A program made the position numbers and the translations under genes. Below are positions 23,759 through 32,829 of a DNA stretch of 64,000 nt, piece after piece. Source of the DNA: an uncultured delta proteobacterium (GTDB lineage Bacteria > Desulfobacterota > Syntrophia > Syntrophales > Smithellaceae). The first letter of the stretch is position 1, and each line of letters begins with the position of its first letter. Under the pieces are notes generated by a model that was given only the letters and a program-made list of their open reading frames with translations, did not search any database and was not told the DNA's origin. The stretch is from positions 9,951 to 73,950 of the forward strand of contig CAVXLI010000032.1 of NCBI GenBank assembly GCA_963762595.1. Reading direction: 5' to 3'.

Positions 23759-23932
23759 AATAAAATCACCGCTTTGGTTAAAAAATTCAATTGAGATACT
23801 TATTTAATTTCATTATACTTGTCAAGTAAAATATTTGGGGATTATTTAAAATTAATTGCACTTATTAACCGATTTTCCGTAGCTCTGTTAAATTGTTATA
23901 AAATAAGCAATCAGCCCCCAAATAGGATAAAT

Positions 23933-26011
23933 TTACCATTTACCTAATCCAGCTAATGATATTTTCAGCAAAAATCTTGAATCGGTATCAGTCTGCGTAT
24001 AATCCAGCCCCAAGCTCCAACATTGACTATGATAAATCAATCCCACTGTATTTTCCACCGTTCTGGAATTGAACATATCTCGTCTCGACACAAAGTTGCC
24101 GGTAATATTATTTGTAATTTCCGCCTTCAGGTTAACATTGATTTCTTCAATTGAGTCCAGGGTATAGCGATAACCGACTGTTAACATATCGCCGCGCCAA
24201 TCCTTGACATTCAAATCATAATTCATTTGTTTCCAGCCGTTATAAATGTTGTACTGATTGCGCGCCATAAATGAAAAATATTTGTGTGGATTAAAATCAA
24301 ACTCTATTCCGATATCGGATAAAGGCCTCCTTTCGGCAACAATACCATCCATACCCTTTTTGGCTTCGTTAATATCATAAGTTTGAAACAGTTTGAGTCT
24401 TAAAAATTCCAGATAACTGTATGCGCCCGCATCATCCCTTACTTTAGCCATAAATGTGTTCGTCAGTGCCCAAATAATCGCGTTTTGTTCAGCTATTGTC
24501 AACATATAATCAGGTATATTATCCTGTCTTACATTAGGCATGTAGGAATAGGTTACTTCCGGTTTAATCTCATGCCTGATTTTCTCCCAGTTATGAACCT
24601 TGAGATCAAATATTCGCGACAGTTGACTGCTAATATTTAAAGACGCGGTATAAAGCGTCCGATCTCCGCTTTTTTTATCGCCTTGCGCTTGGCTGTCATC
24701 GCGTATCCAAGCCGTTTCTCTAAAGGCAATTTGCGGCGTAATCTTGGCATAGCCGGACATATTTAAAGGCAAAGAAAAAGTTGGAGATAAATCAAAGAAG
24801 TGTCCCTTTTGTCCTTCTCCTCGATAAAAATAATCATAAGTGCCGGTTAGTTCATAATACAAAGGAGTTTTTAAGAGAGGCTGTTTGATGCCAGTAGCGA
24901 TTATTTCCGGATATTTTTGCAAAGTCATGTCATTATTGGCTACGGCAAAATCATCCGTGGAACTGATCAATCCCGTTAAATTGTAGTTAGACCATCCTTT
25001 ATATACACGGACAGTTGATTCCAGTGAGCGCAGGGATTGATCGCCGTAAAAAGGAACCTTTTTAAACGGATCTTCTTCTGTTTGGGCATAATGGTCGAGG
25101 TAGTAGTTGTGCGCCGAGAAATCTCTAAAATACCATTTGTCGGAAACTTTGCGCAAATCAGTTCTCACATAGAATTGAGGATCAAAATCTGTTTGGTGAT
25201 TTAAATAATACGACCAGCGCTTGTGCATTTCCTGCCAATCGCGGCTGGTCGCGGCATCTGTTGTTTCAATAATATTTTTCGTATCCTCCATGTAATCGCC
25301 GTAAAAAGTGCCGAAGGAATGACTTCCCAGATAATATCTAAATTCCGCACCTTCTTTAAATCCTCTTTTTTCAATGTAACGCTGATATAATGTCGCATCC
25401 ATTTGAGGAGAAATCGCCCAAAAAAAAGGAATTTCGATATCCATGCCATCCTTCTCTCTGGAATAAGAAAGATAAGGAAGAAGAAATCCTGATTGACGTT
25501 TGGTTTTTGCAGGAAAAGGAACGAAGGGAGAATAAAAAACCGGCAAGCCTTTCGTGACTAACCGGGCATTTTTCATTAAACCATAACCCTCAATTGTTAC
25601 GTCCATTTCGCTGCCGGCTATTTCCCAATCCGGAAAATCTCCATCGCAGGTTGTGGCTCTCGGCTGTTGAATGAAATATGTCTGTTCTCCGGTTTTTTCA
25701 ATTTTGTCTCCTTTAATATAAAAATGGTTTCTCGCGTAAAAAACTTGGCCCTTATAAACAACACCGGTTTTATTTTCAATATTGAAAACTATTTTATCTC
25801 CCTGCAGGGTATCTTCTCCCATTTTTATTAAGACATTGCCCTGAGCGGTAGCAATATTGTTCTTATTATCCCATTCCACGCTGTCCGCCTCAATCTCCAC
25901 AGGATTTTTATCTTCCTTGGTTTCATCGGCAGAAACTCTGGTGTATGAAATCAGTAACATTCCCATCGCAAAACAGGTAACTATAAATTTATGTTTCAAT
26001 TTCCCGATCAA
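23933..26011 (-). CDS. lptD: LPS-assembly outer-membrane protein LptD (OstA family)
   Basis: Intact 692-aa ORF with a signal peptide, an OstA N-terminal domain (IEADSVEWDNKNNIATAQGNV) and KRQSGFLLPYLSYS, followed by a beta-barrel. Confidence 0.85.
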   Translation of the reverse strand: MIGKLKHKFIVTCFAMGMLLISYTRVSADETKEDKNPVEIEADSVEWDNKNNIATAQGNVLIKMGEDTLQGDKIVFNIENKTGVVYKGQVFYARNHFYIKGDKIEKTGEQTYFIQQPRATTCDGDFPDWEIAGSEMDVTIEGYGLMKNARLVTKGLPVFYSPFVPFPAKTKRQSGFLLPYLSYSREKDGMDIEIPFFWAISPQMDATLYQRYIEKRGFKEGAEFRYYLGSHSFGTFYGDYMEDTKNIIETTDAATSRDWQEMHKRWSYYLNHQTDFDPQFYVRTDLRKVSDKWYFRDFSAHNYYLDHYAQTEEDPFKKVPFYGDQSLRSLESTVRVYKGWSNYNLTGLISSTDDFAVANNDMTLQKYPEIIATGIKQPLLKTPLYYELTGTYDYFYRGEGQKGHFFDLSPTFSLPLNMSGYAKITPQIAFRETAWIRDDSQAQGDKKSGDRTLYTASLNISSQLSRIFDLKVHNWEKIRHEIKPEVTYSYMPNVRQDNIPDYMLTIAEQNAIIWALTNTFMAKVRDDAGAYSYLEFLRLKLFQTYDINEAKKGMDGIVAERRPLSDIGIEFDFNPHKYFSFMARNQYNIYNGWKQMNYDLNVKDWRGDMLTVGYRYTLDSIEEINVNLKAEITNNITGNFVSRRDMFNSRTVENTVGLIYHSQCWSLGLDYTQTDTDSRFLLKISLAGLGKW

Positions 26012-26043
26012 AATAAATACCTCGTTTATTTATTATTAAAAAT

Positions 26044-27325
26044 TCAATGTTTCTTATCACAAGAAACAATTTTAGGAAACTTTTGTTTTACTTCACCGGC
26101 AAGATAAAAAGAGCCTGCCGCGCAAATTAAATCTTTTTTTTCAGCAAAGGCTCGTGCTTTCTGAATCGCCTGCCCAACATTTTGCGTCACTATCGCCTTA
26201 TATCCTATTTTCTTCAATATTTTCAGTACATTATCCGGTAGTTCAGCACGAGTTGTCTTTAATTTAGTTATAATTATTTTATAGGCCAGCGGAGCTATTT
26301 TTTTCAGCATTTGACGATAATCCTTATCTATAAGACGAGCTAAAAATAAGAATTAACCGTTTATAGAAAAAATCTTTTTTTAGAGCCCGGCATAAGACGC
26401 TGATTCCTGCAGGATTATGCGCACCATCCAAAAGAAAAAGAGGCTCTTTCTGTAAAACTTCCAGCCGGGCATCCAAGTACGCTTTTTTAAGCCCGGTACG
26501 GATTGCGTTGTTATCTATCTTTAAGCCATTTTTATCACTAAGCTCAACTGCAGCCACTGCCAACGCGGCATTAGCCAACTGATGCTCTCCTCGCAGAGGA
26601 ATAGTTAAACCGCTTAATTTCCGGTATAGTCCCTGATAGGCAAAAGAAGAGGATTTTTGCTTTACTATTTTTATATCAGCCCCCAAGCGATAGAGCTTCG
26701 CTTCGCGGCTTGAGCATATATTTTTCAACATCTGCAAAACATTTTTTTGTTTTGCTGCCGTAAGGCAAATGCCGTTTTGTTTGATGATACCCGCTTTTTC
26801 GCGGGTAATTGATTCCAGACTATTGCCTAGATAGGCCATATGATCGAAGGCAATATTGGTGATTATCGACACCAGCGGCCGGCAAACATTCGTGGCGTCG
26901 AGCCTGCCGCCCAAACCAACCTCTAACACAGCAATATCTACTTTCCGGCACTGAAAATAAACGAATGCGGCAGCGGTCAATAATTCGAAATATGTTAAAG
27001 GATTTTTGAGCTTTTCTTTTATATTCGCGATAATTTGATCAAAGTCTTTCCGGACGATTTTTTTCCCGTTGACAACAATCCTTTCCCGAACATCAACTAA
27101 ATGCGGAGAAGTGTAAAGACCAACCTTATAACCGGCGCTTTCCAACATAGAAGCGATCATTGTCGCGGTTGATCCTTTGCCGTTGGTACCGGCAATTAAT
27201 ATTGTCTTATAGTCGTTTTGCGGATTCCCCATCTGGAATAACAATTCATCAATTGTCTCCAATCCAAAACGCATGACATCGATATTTAAGCCGGCAAGAT
27301 AAGCGGAAGGATCAAATTTTTTCAT
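26044..27325 (-). CDS. folC: bifunctional folylpolyglutamate synthase / dihydrofolate synthase, one frame break
   Basis: ORF 26324..27325 carries IAGTNGKGSTATM and the Mur ligase middle domain. The C-terminal domain continues in ORF 26044..26310. Confidence 0.85.
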
Positions 27326-27340
27326 GTTCGTGTGGGATGA

Positions 27341-28108
27341 TTAAATACGGATTATTTGACCATCTTCAATAATATGAATTTTTCTATCTTTTATTGCCGC
27401 TACTTCTTTGCGTATAACTTTATGGTAGCTGGGTTTCATGTGATAGAGGTAAATATCCGGTTTTTTGCCTTTCAATTTTTTAAGTTCTGCCTGCAAAGAA
27501 AATGGAGTAAGATGTCCTGTAATATCGGCAACATCTTTCATGGAATCCGGCAAAGAGGTTTCGATAAAGATAGCTTGGAGTCCTTTAGTTTCTTGGGCAA
27601 TTTGCCAGGCTTCCCTCGTAGGCCCGGTATCGCCTAAAAACATTATGGCTTTACTTTTGGATTCAATCACGTATCCGACGGTTTCCACGACATGATTGAG
27701 ATCAATGGTAGTGATTTGTAAATCACCGATTGTTTGCTTTTTACCGGGCACAATTGCCTGAAATTTCACCAGCGGTACTTTGGCGTTTGGTATTTTAGAA
27801 AAATCCGGCCAGATGACATCATTAAATAAGTGGCGGTGGATTGTTTCGATAATACCTCTTGTGCTGACGATAATTAACGGCTTTTTCTTGCGCTGATAGC
27901 ATATATTATCGGCGAGGAACATAATATCGCGTACATGATCCAGATGAGCGTGGGTAATTAAGATGTAATCGATTTTTAGCTGTTTTTTAAGGCTTAAAAC
28001 TGTGGTAACTGTTCCGGCATCCAATAAAACGTTCTGCCCGAGGAGGAAACTTGATGTATTATAATTAGGAAGCTGTGAGCCATGACAACCCAGCACCCTT
28101 ATTTTCAT
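27341..28108 (-). CDS. MBL-fold metallo-hydrolase, class II cyclic-nucleotide phosphodiesterase-like
   Basis: Intact 255-aa ORF with MKIRVLGCHGS...ILITHAHLDHVRD...FLGDTGP. Confidence 0.7.
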   Translation of the reverse strand: MKIRVLGCHGSQLPNYNTSSFLLGQNVLLDAGTVTTVLSLKKQLKIDYILITHAHLDHVRDIMFLADNICYQRKKKPLIIVSTRGIIETIHRHLFNDVIWPDFSKIPNAKVPLVKFQAIVPGKKQTIGDLQITTIDLNHVVETVGYVIESKSKAIMFLGDTGPTREAWQIAQETKGLQAIFIETSLPDSMKDVADITGHLTPFSLQAELKKLKGKKPDIYLYHMKPSYHKVIRKEVAAIKDRKIHIIEDGQIIRI

Positions 28109-28135
28109 TTTGTGCTCCTCATATTTGAGTATGTT

Positions 28136-28261
28136 ATACCATTTCTAAATCAAAGATGATATCGAGGCGGCAAGGAGGAGGCGACGAGGCGTATTGTACA
28201 TACGTTGAGGAAGCCGACGACGACTGCCAACAAAGATAGCGCTTTGATTTAAAATTGGTAT
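28136..28261. repeat. 126-bp element A: 20-bp terminal inverted repeats around a GC- and purine-rich 86-bp core
   Basis: ataccatttctaaatcaaag (28136..28155) matches the reverse complement of ctttgatttaaaattggtat (28242..28261) at 18 of 20 positions. The core contains GAGGCG three times. TTA flanks both ends. Confidence 0.6.
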
Positions 28262-28410
28262 TATAAATTAGCACACCTTCCCTAAGCAGGCAATAAATTT
28301 ATAAAACTGTATTGGAAAATATGAGAAAATAATATAGCTATTACAAAGGGTTAAGAAAGAATTTGATAAATAGTCGTGAAAATTATTAGAGGTAGGTTGT
28401 TATCTCAGAA

Positions 28411-28729
28411 ATGGATAACATAAAAATATTAATAATAAGGCAAAAAAAGACGACTACGCTCAGATTTCTCAAATAAATGACGCGGCTTTTAATCAAAGAA
28501 ATGAAGGTAAGCTCGTCGAGAATCTACGGAAGAACAAAAAATTTATTCCTCAGTTATCACTGATCGCGTAAACGGATAATGAAATTGTCGGTCACATCTT
28601 GTTTTTCCCGATTAAAATAGTAGATGGAAAACGCAAGCACGAATCTATTGCTTTAGCGCCGGTATCGGTTCATCCGAAACATCAGAAAAAGGGAATAGGT
28701 TCAGCGTTAATCAAGAAAGGATTAGCGCA
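28411..28729 (+). pseudogene. GNAT-family N-acetyltransferase, two frame breaks and 3'-truncated
   Basis: MDNIKILIIRQ.., DDYAQISQINDAAFNQRNEGKLVENLRKNKKFIPQLSLIA, NEIVGHILFFPIKIV...ALAPVSVHPKHQKKGIGSALIKKGLAQC. The similarity then stops at about 28729 and the C-terminal third of the fold is absent. Confidence 0.65.
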
Positions 28730-29307
28730 GTGCAATTTGTCTATATATGCCAGAGCGTCTTCGAGAAAAAACTCTCTGGACTTGCTCAACTTAAATGGAT
28801 CGAGCAACTTGTGAAGAGCAGCTTCAAGCAAAATGAAGTTCTTGGTCTGATATGTGGCGTGTATCTTGAATTTAAAAGGTACGCCAGTCGTGTACAGTTG
28901 GTTTATGCGTTGGTTGACACCTTGGGTCGTAAAACCGATCTTTATTATCTCCCTTCCGTCTTTTGCATATGTGTCTGTCCTAAGAACATAGACGAAACCC
29001 CGATCGTTTTCAAAATCTTCAATTGATGGTGTTGGCTCTGCCTCATCGTTGAATAAGGAGATTTTCATAGGTTTCTGGCTTTTGTCACAGAAAAACTGAT
29101 CGCTGGTTCCTACGAGCGTATATATCTGTGCAAGTAGCTCATGATCTATGTCTTTATAATGGCCCTTTCGACGTTATTTGTGTGGGACTGGGTTCCATAA
29201 TACTGAGGATACTTGGCCTTGACAATATCTCGGATTTCGTGGGGACTCATAGGTTGAGATGCAGAAATGAGAATCTCTCTTACCACATCGGAAAATGTCA
29301 TATTCAT
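28682..29307 (-). CDS. HARE-HTH (winged helix) plus T5orf172/MUG113 GIY-YIG-superfamily domain protein, one frame break
   Basis: An AAGAGGTG ribosome-binding site precedes M(NM)TFSDVVREILISASQPMSPHEIRDIVKAKYPQYY. A missing G in a G-run precedes ORF 28682..29068: GFVYVLR...IKIGFTTQGVNQRINQLYTTGVPFKFKI...LEAALHKLL...SREFF. The last ~16 codons are antisense to the GNAT remnant. Confidence 0.7.
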
Positions 29308-29426
29308 TCACCTCTTAGGTTTAACCCTTCATATACGAACTTCGCTTTTTCCCTATTCTATCGCTAACATTATAACACACAATATTTTTTGTAAAAGAAT
29401 AAAATCATATATATACATGAGCAAGA

Positions 29427-29606
29427 GCAGTTGAACGGAGCTGAAGAGAGCGAATATCCCCGAAACGTCGTGGCTCTAGGCGAAAGGAAGCGAAGAGTAG
29501 CCGAAGTGTTTAAGCCGCTGTGGCGGTGAATTTTCGGCTATCGCGGAATAAGCCGTAGAGCAACAGTTGCCGGGGATTCTGAGCGAACGAACGCCCCTTC
29601 AACTGC
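29427..29606. other. element B: GC-rich, multi-stem intergenic element (candidate structured RNA, strand unknown)
   Basis: The closing stem is gcagttgaa (29427..29435) with ttcaactgc (29598..29606). Inner stems are atccccg/cggggat (29456..29462 / 29571..29577), agccgaa/ttcggct (29499..29505 / 29533..29539), and ccgc-tgtg-gcgg within the last. The element is GC-rich within an AT-rich spacer. Confidence 0.3.
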
Positions 29607-29670
29607 TACACGACTTCTCACATTGTTTGAAGTGACATAATGGAAACAATAATTTGCTTTCCCGTAAAAA

Positions 29671-29708
29671 TTAGAAAGGGGAAGAATCATTGCTCTTCCC
29701 CTTTCTAA
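29671..29708 (-). terminator. perfect 15-bp stem hairpin, likely terminator of the acyl-CoA dehydrogenase gene
   Basis: ttagaaaggggaaga, loop atcattgc, tcttcccctttctaa. On the minus strand it is followed by a T-rich tract (atttttac). Confidence 0.55.
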
Positions 29709-29790
29709 CAATTATGTTTCCGAGACATGAAATGTCTGTCGATGAATTCGGTAGCGAGCGAATACTGAATGATATTGTTCCTTAAGAATC

Positions 29791-29823
29791 GAAGATTCTC
29801 CGCGGATTGCCGCGGAGAACTTC
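29791..29823 (-). terminator. GC-rich hairpin immediately after the acyl-CoA dehydrogenase stop codon, with no U-tract
   Basis: gaagattctccgcgg, loop attg, ccgcggagaacttc. The stem is 14 bp with one bulge, 14 nt downstream of the stop. Confidence 0.35.
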
Positions 29824-29836
29824 AATAGAGTCTTGC

Positions 29837-31554
29837 CTACTCATTCATGGCGTATTCGCCGTTGAGGGCAAACACGTATTTTTCCCAGACCTTGTTGTAC
29901 TGCTCCGGGTTCGGCACTGCCTTGATGAGCATGATCTTCGTGCAGTAGGCCCGCTGCTCGTCCTTGGTAGTGTGGTTGCCGTAGATCTGCAGTGCAAAGT
30001 GGGCGAAGTCGCGCACCATGAAGTCGAAGATCTGGTTGATGATGTCCGGGTCCATGTTGTCGAACTTGGCCTGCTCAAGGATGAGCTGGCCATAGACTAC
30101 GATGGAGAACATCTCGCCAAGCGGCAGGGAGAAGGTGGGGTCCATGTCCTGCACCTTGTCCGGGCCGGCCTTCTCCAGCATCTCTTTGAAGATCTCGATC
30201 TGCTTGATGAAGGTCGCCACATTGGGCAGGCTCTTGTTGGCCTCGAACACGGGCTTGTAGTCGTGGAACTGGACCTTGCCCAGGCCCTTGGTGGGACCCT
30301 GGTTGAACAGGAACGAATCGTCGTTCAGTGAGAAGTCCGGGGCGACCGGGGCGTACTCGGCCGGGCTGAAGAAGTAGTTCTTCATGAACTTGCGGATGAG
30401 CTGCACGTTGACGTGCACCGTGCCCTCGAGCTTGGACGGGCCGCGCACATCGCGCGGCGGCCATGTGGAAGTAGGTGTCCTTCTCGAAGCCCTTGGCAGC
30501 GATCACGTCCCAGAGCAGGTTGATCACCTCTTCGGACTGCAGGGTCACCTTCATCTTGCTGGTGGGGTTGTAGAGCAGATAGCGGCGGTCATTTTCGCTG
30601 GCGCCCCGGAAGTAGTCGGTGGCGCGGCGCTGATAGATCTTCATGCCCAACAGACGCAGCCAGGCATCCATGAAGTTCTTGCGCACATGCGGCATGTCGG
30701 TGACCTTCATGCCGTAGAGGATGCGGTTGGCGGCATGGGTGATGGCCTCGTAGAAGCAGTGTTCGGAAATGCCGATGGAGGCAGGGCCGATGTTGAACTT
30801 GCCGATGTTTACGGTGTTGAGCGCTGAATCCCAGGCATGAGGACCACGGGAGAGGATGTCGTCTTCGGTGATGGGGTAGTCGTGCAGGGCGAAGTTGGAT
30901 ACATACTCCTGGTGGGAGATGACGTTTTTCTTCAGCTCATAGGCCTTGTGGCGGTAGTTGGTGACAAAGAAGGTGTAGTCATCGGTGCCGTCCTTGACCT
31001 TGCCCAGGGTGGATACCATCTCGGCCTCGTTGCCGTTGCCGATGTAGTATTTCTCGCCGTTGGCCACAAACGTGCCGTCGCCCTTGGGAGTCAATGTTGC
31101 CTCGATGGAGTAGATGTCGGCGCCGTGGGCGCGCTCGGAAAGGCCAAAGGCGAAGATGGCGCCCTTTTTGAGGAGCTTGGCCGCCTTCTGTTTGGCCTTT
31201 TCATTCGGGCTCATCCAGATGGGCCCCAGCCCCAGGATGGTCACCTGGAAGCAGTACCAGTATCCCAGGCCGTAGAAGGCCAGCAGTTCGCTGTATTCGC
31301 TGTTGCGGGCCGTGTCCCAGCGGCAGTCCGGGTCGCCCCCTGCATACTGCTTGGGGGTGAGCAGCTTGGCAAAGATCTGCTCTTTTCCGATGAAATCGAC
31401 GAACTCCCGGTACCAGACCTTTTTGTTGTAGTCATCGAGCAGCCTGGTCTTGCCCATCGTTCTCGAAGAAGGCAATGGTCTTGTCCATGATGGCCTTGGA
31501 ACCTTTGTCGGCCATGAGAGTCTTATACTTTTTCGGTTGCAGCAGGTAATTCAT
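29837..31554 (-). CDS. acyl-CoA dehydrogenase family protein (long form, about 570 aa), two frame breaks, GC-rich codon usage
   Basis: MNYLLQPKKYKTLMADKGSKAIMDKTIAFFEN joins ORF 30075..31475 (GLSERAHGADIYS, GEKYYIGNGNEAEMV, GPASIGISEHCFYEAITHAANR) and ORF 29837..30448 (GPSKLEGTVHVNVQLI...). Nearly every third codon position is G or C. Confidence 0.75.
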
Positions 31555-31624
31555 TTTTTTCTCCTTTCGCAATAAATATCTTCGTATTTTTTTCATATTA
31601 CTTTCGGGATTATATTCTACATTC

Positions 31625-32443
31625 TTAATTGGATATCAGACTCTGCCAGGTGTGCCTCTCCAAAAACGAGCCGGGAACGTTTTGCTCCATTTCTTCGAAA
31701 AGCTCAAAGGGTGCGGCAAAAGTCATGAGATTAGCATCTCCTAGTTGCTTGCGAACATACACGCGCGCCGATAGATCGGTCAGCCCTACAACCGCGCGTG
31801 GTCTTTTTGATTTAGCTTCCCGGTAAGGATAAATGCCGATGGTCTGGCAACCGGCGGCATAAGGAATAATAACATTCTCATTATCCCCGCACCCATAGTT
31901 AGCCAGAACTATTAATGCGGAAAGTTGATCCGGATTAACAAAAAATATTATCGTCTGAAGTTTTTCCTTCCTTGTATTAACATTATCCAACGGCTGAAAA
32001 ACAACATAAGGTTCAGGAATATCTATTATCGGCAGGTTTTTAATAAATTTTTTCACCAGCATGGGAGATTTAACGTAGCGCTCACCATGGAGAAAATTAT
32101 CGTGAGATTCGGCGCGCATAAACGGTTTGATTTTTTCAGCCAGTTCCGGACCACCTTCTCGCGCGGCGTTTCCCGCTGATAAGAAATGGCAGAAACCATC
32201 TTCGCCGCCGGGGAAATTTTTATACTGATTGCCGAAACCCAATCCCACTCCGCCGCCGAAACAGCCGAATGTTTTTATATCGGCGATGGCCGTTTTTCCT
32301 TTTGCGGCATGAGCGGCAAGCCACATTACACAACCCCACTTATTTTCGGCAAACTGCATCGCATCTGGTGGTTTTTCTTTCGACCAGAGCAAAGCTACCG
32401 GCTGATATTTGAGCTGAATTGCTTTTGCTATTGAACTTTCCAT
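31625..32443 (-). CDS. DUF169 domain-containing protein
   Basis: Intact 272-aa ORF with PVALLWSKEKP, KWGCVMW, GCFGGGVGLGFG and GCQTIGIYPY, recalled as the DUF169 (COG2043) pattern. Confidence 0.6.
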   Translation of the reverse strand: MESSIAKAIQLKYQPVALLWSKEKPPDAMQFAENKWGCVMWLAAHAAKGKTAIADIKTFGCFGGGVGLGFGNQYKNFPGGEDGFCHFLSAGNAAREGGPELAEKIKPFMRAESHDNFLHGERYVKSPMLVKKFIKNLPIIDIPEPYVVFQPLDNVNTRKEKLQTIIFFVNPDQLSALIVLANYGCGDNENVIIPYAAGCQTIGIYPYREAKSKRPRAVVGLTDLSARVYVRKQLGDANLMTFAAPFELFEEMEQNVPGSFLERHTWQSLISN

Positions 32444-32568
32444 CGCCTATTCTCCAAAACATTTGCCTAGCTGATAAATTTTCTCACAAAGAGCCAATTA
32501 AAGCACAAAATTATCCTTACTCATTTTTTTAAGTATTAAGGAAATTGAAACTTTGAAATATAGCAAAC

Positions 32569-32829
32569 TTAATCTGGTATTACTTTAAAGACCTCATCAC
32601 CTGGCCGTACGCGATCGGAAACTTTAACACCGATGAAATCACCGGCTACAGCCTTTTGTACTGATTTATTTTCCACTTCCATAGATTTGATAACATCGAT
32701 AAAATCAGTAGTGTGGCCGGAAAATTTGATGCTGTCGCCCACAACCAATTCTCCTTCCACTACTTTTACCGCAGCTACCGAAGGTTTTGAAAAAAATTTT
32801 ACTACTTCTCCTATTTTCTTTTCTGCCAT
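32569..32829 (-). CDS. small translation-elongation-factor-like beta-barrel protein (EF-Tu domain II-like)
   Basis: GGAGG lies 6 nt before the ATG. The protein reads MAEKKIGEVVKFFSKPSVAAVKVVEGELVVGDSIKFSGHTTDF...AVAGDFIGVKVSDRVRPGDEVFKV. Confidence 0.6.
   Translation of the reverse strand: MAEKKIGEVVKFFSKPSVAAVKVVEGELVVGDSIKFSGHTTDFIDVIKSMEVENKSVQKAVAGDFIGVKVSDRVRPGDEVFKVIPD

Noticed and set aside
25201-25449. Nested or antisense ORFs inside long genes (for example 25201..25449 in lptD, 18895..19515 in ctp, 50414..50617, 55579..55800 and 57465..57745 in rpoC/rpoB)
   Set aside because: They overlap well-supported genes, have low-complexity or hydrophobic junk composition, and lack ribosome-binding sites.
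28109-28261. THF or another riboswitch in the leader of the MBL-hydrolase/folC operon
   Set aside because: The sequence of element A shows no resemblance to the THF riboswitch core as I remember it. It is also purine-rich on one strand, which rules out a compact fold.
28136-29610. Retron msr/msd or DGR template idea for elements A and B (inverted repeats flanking a GC-rich core)
   Set aside because: No reverse transcriptase gene is present anywhere in the window, and the core of element A cannot fold on itself.
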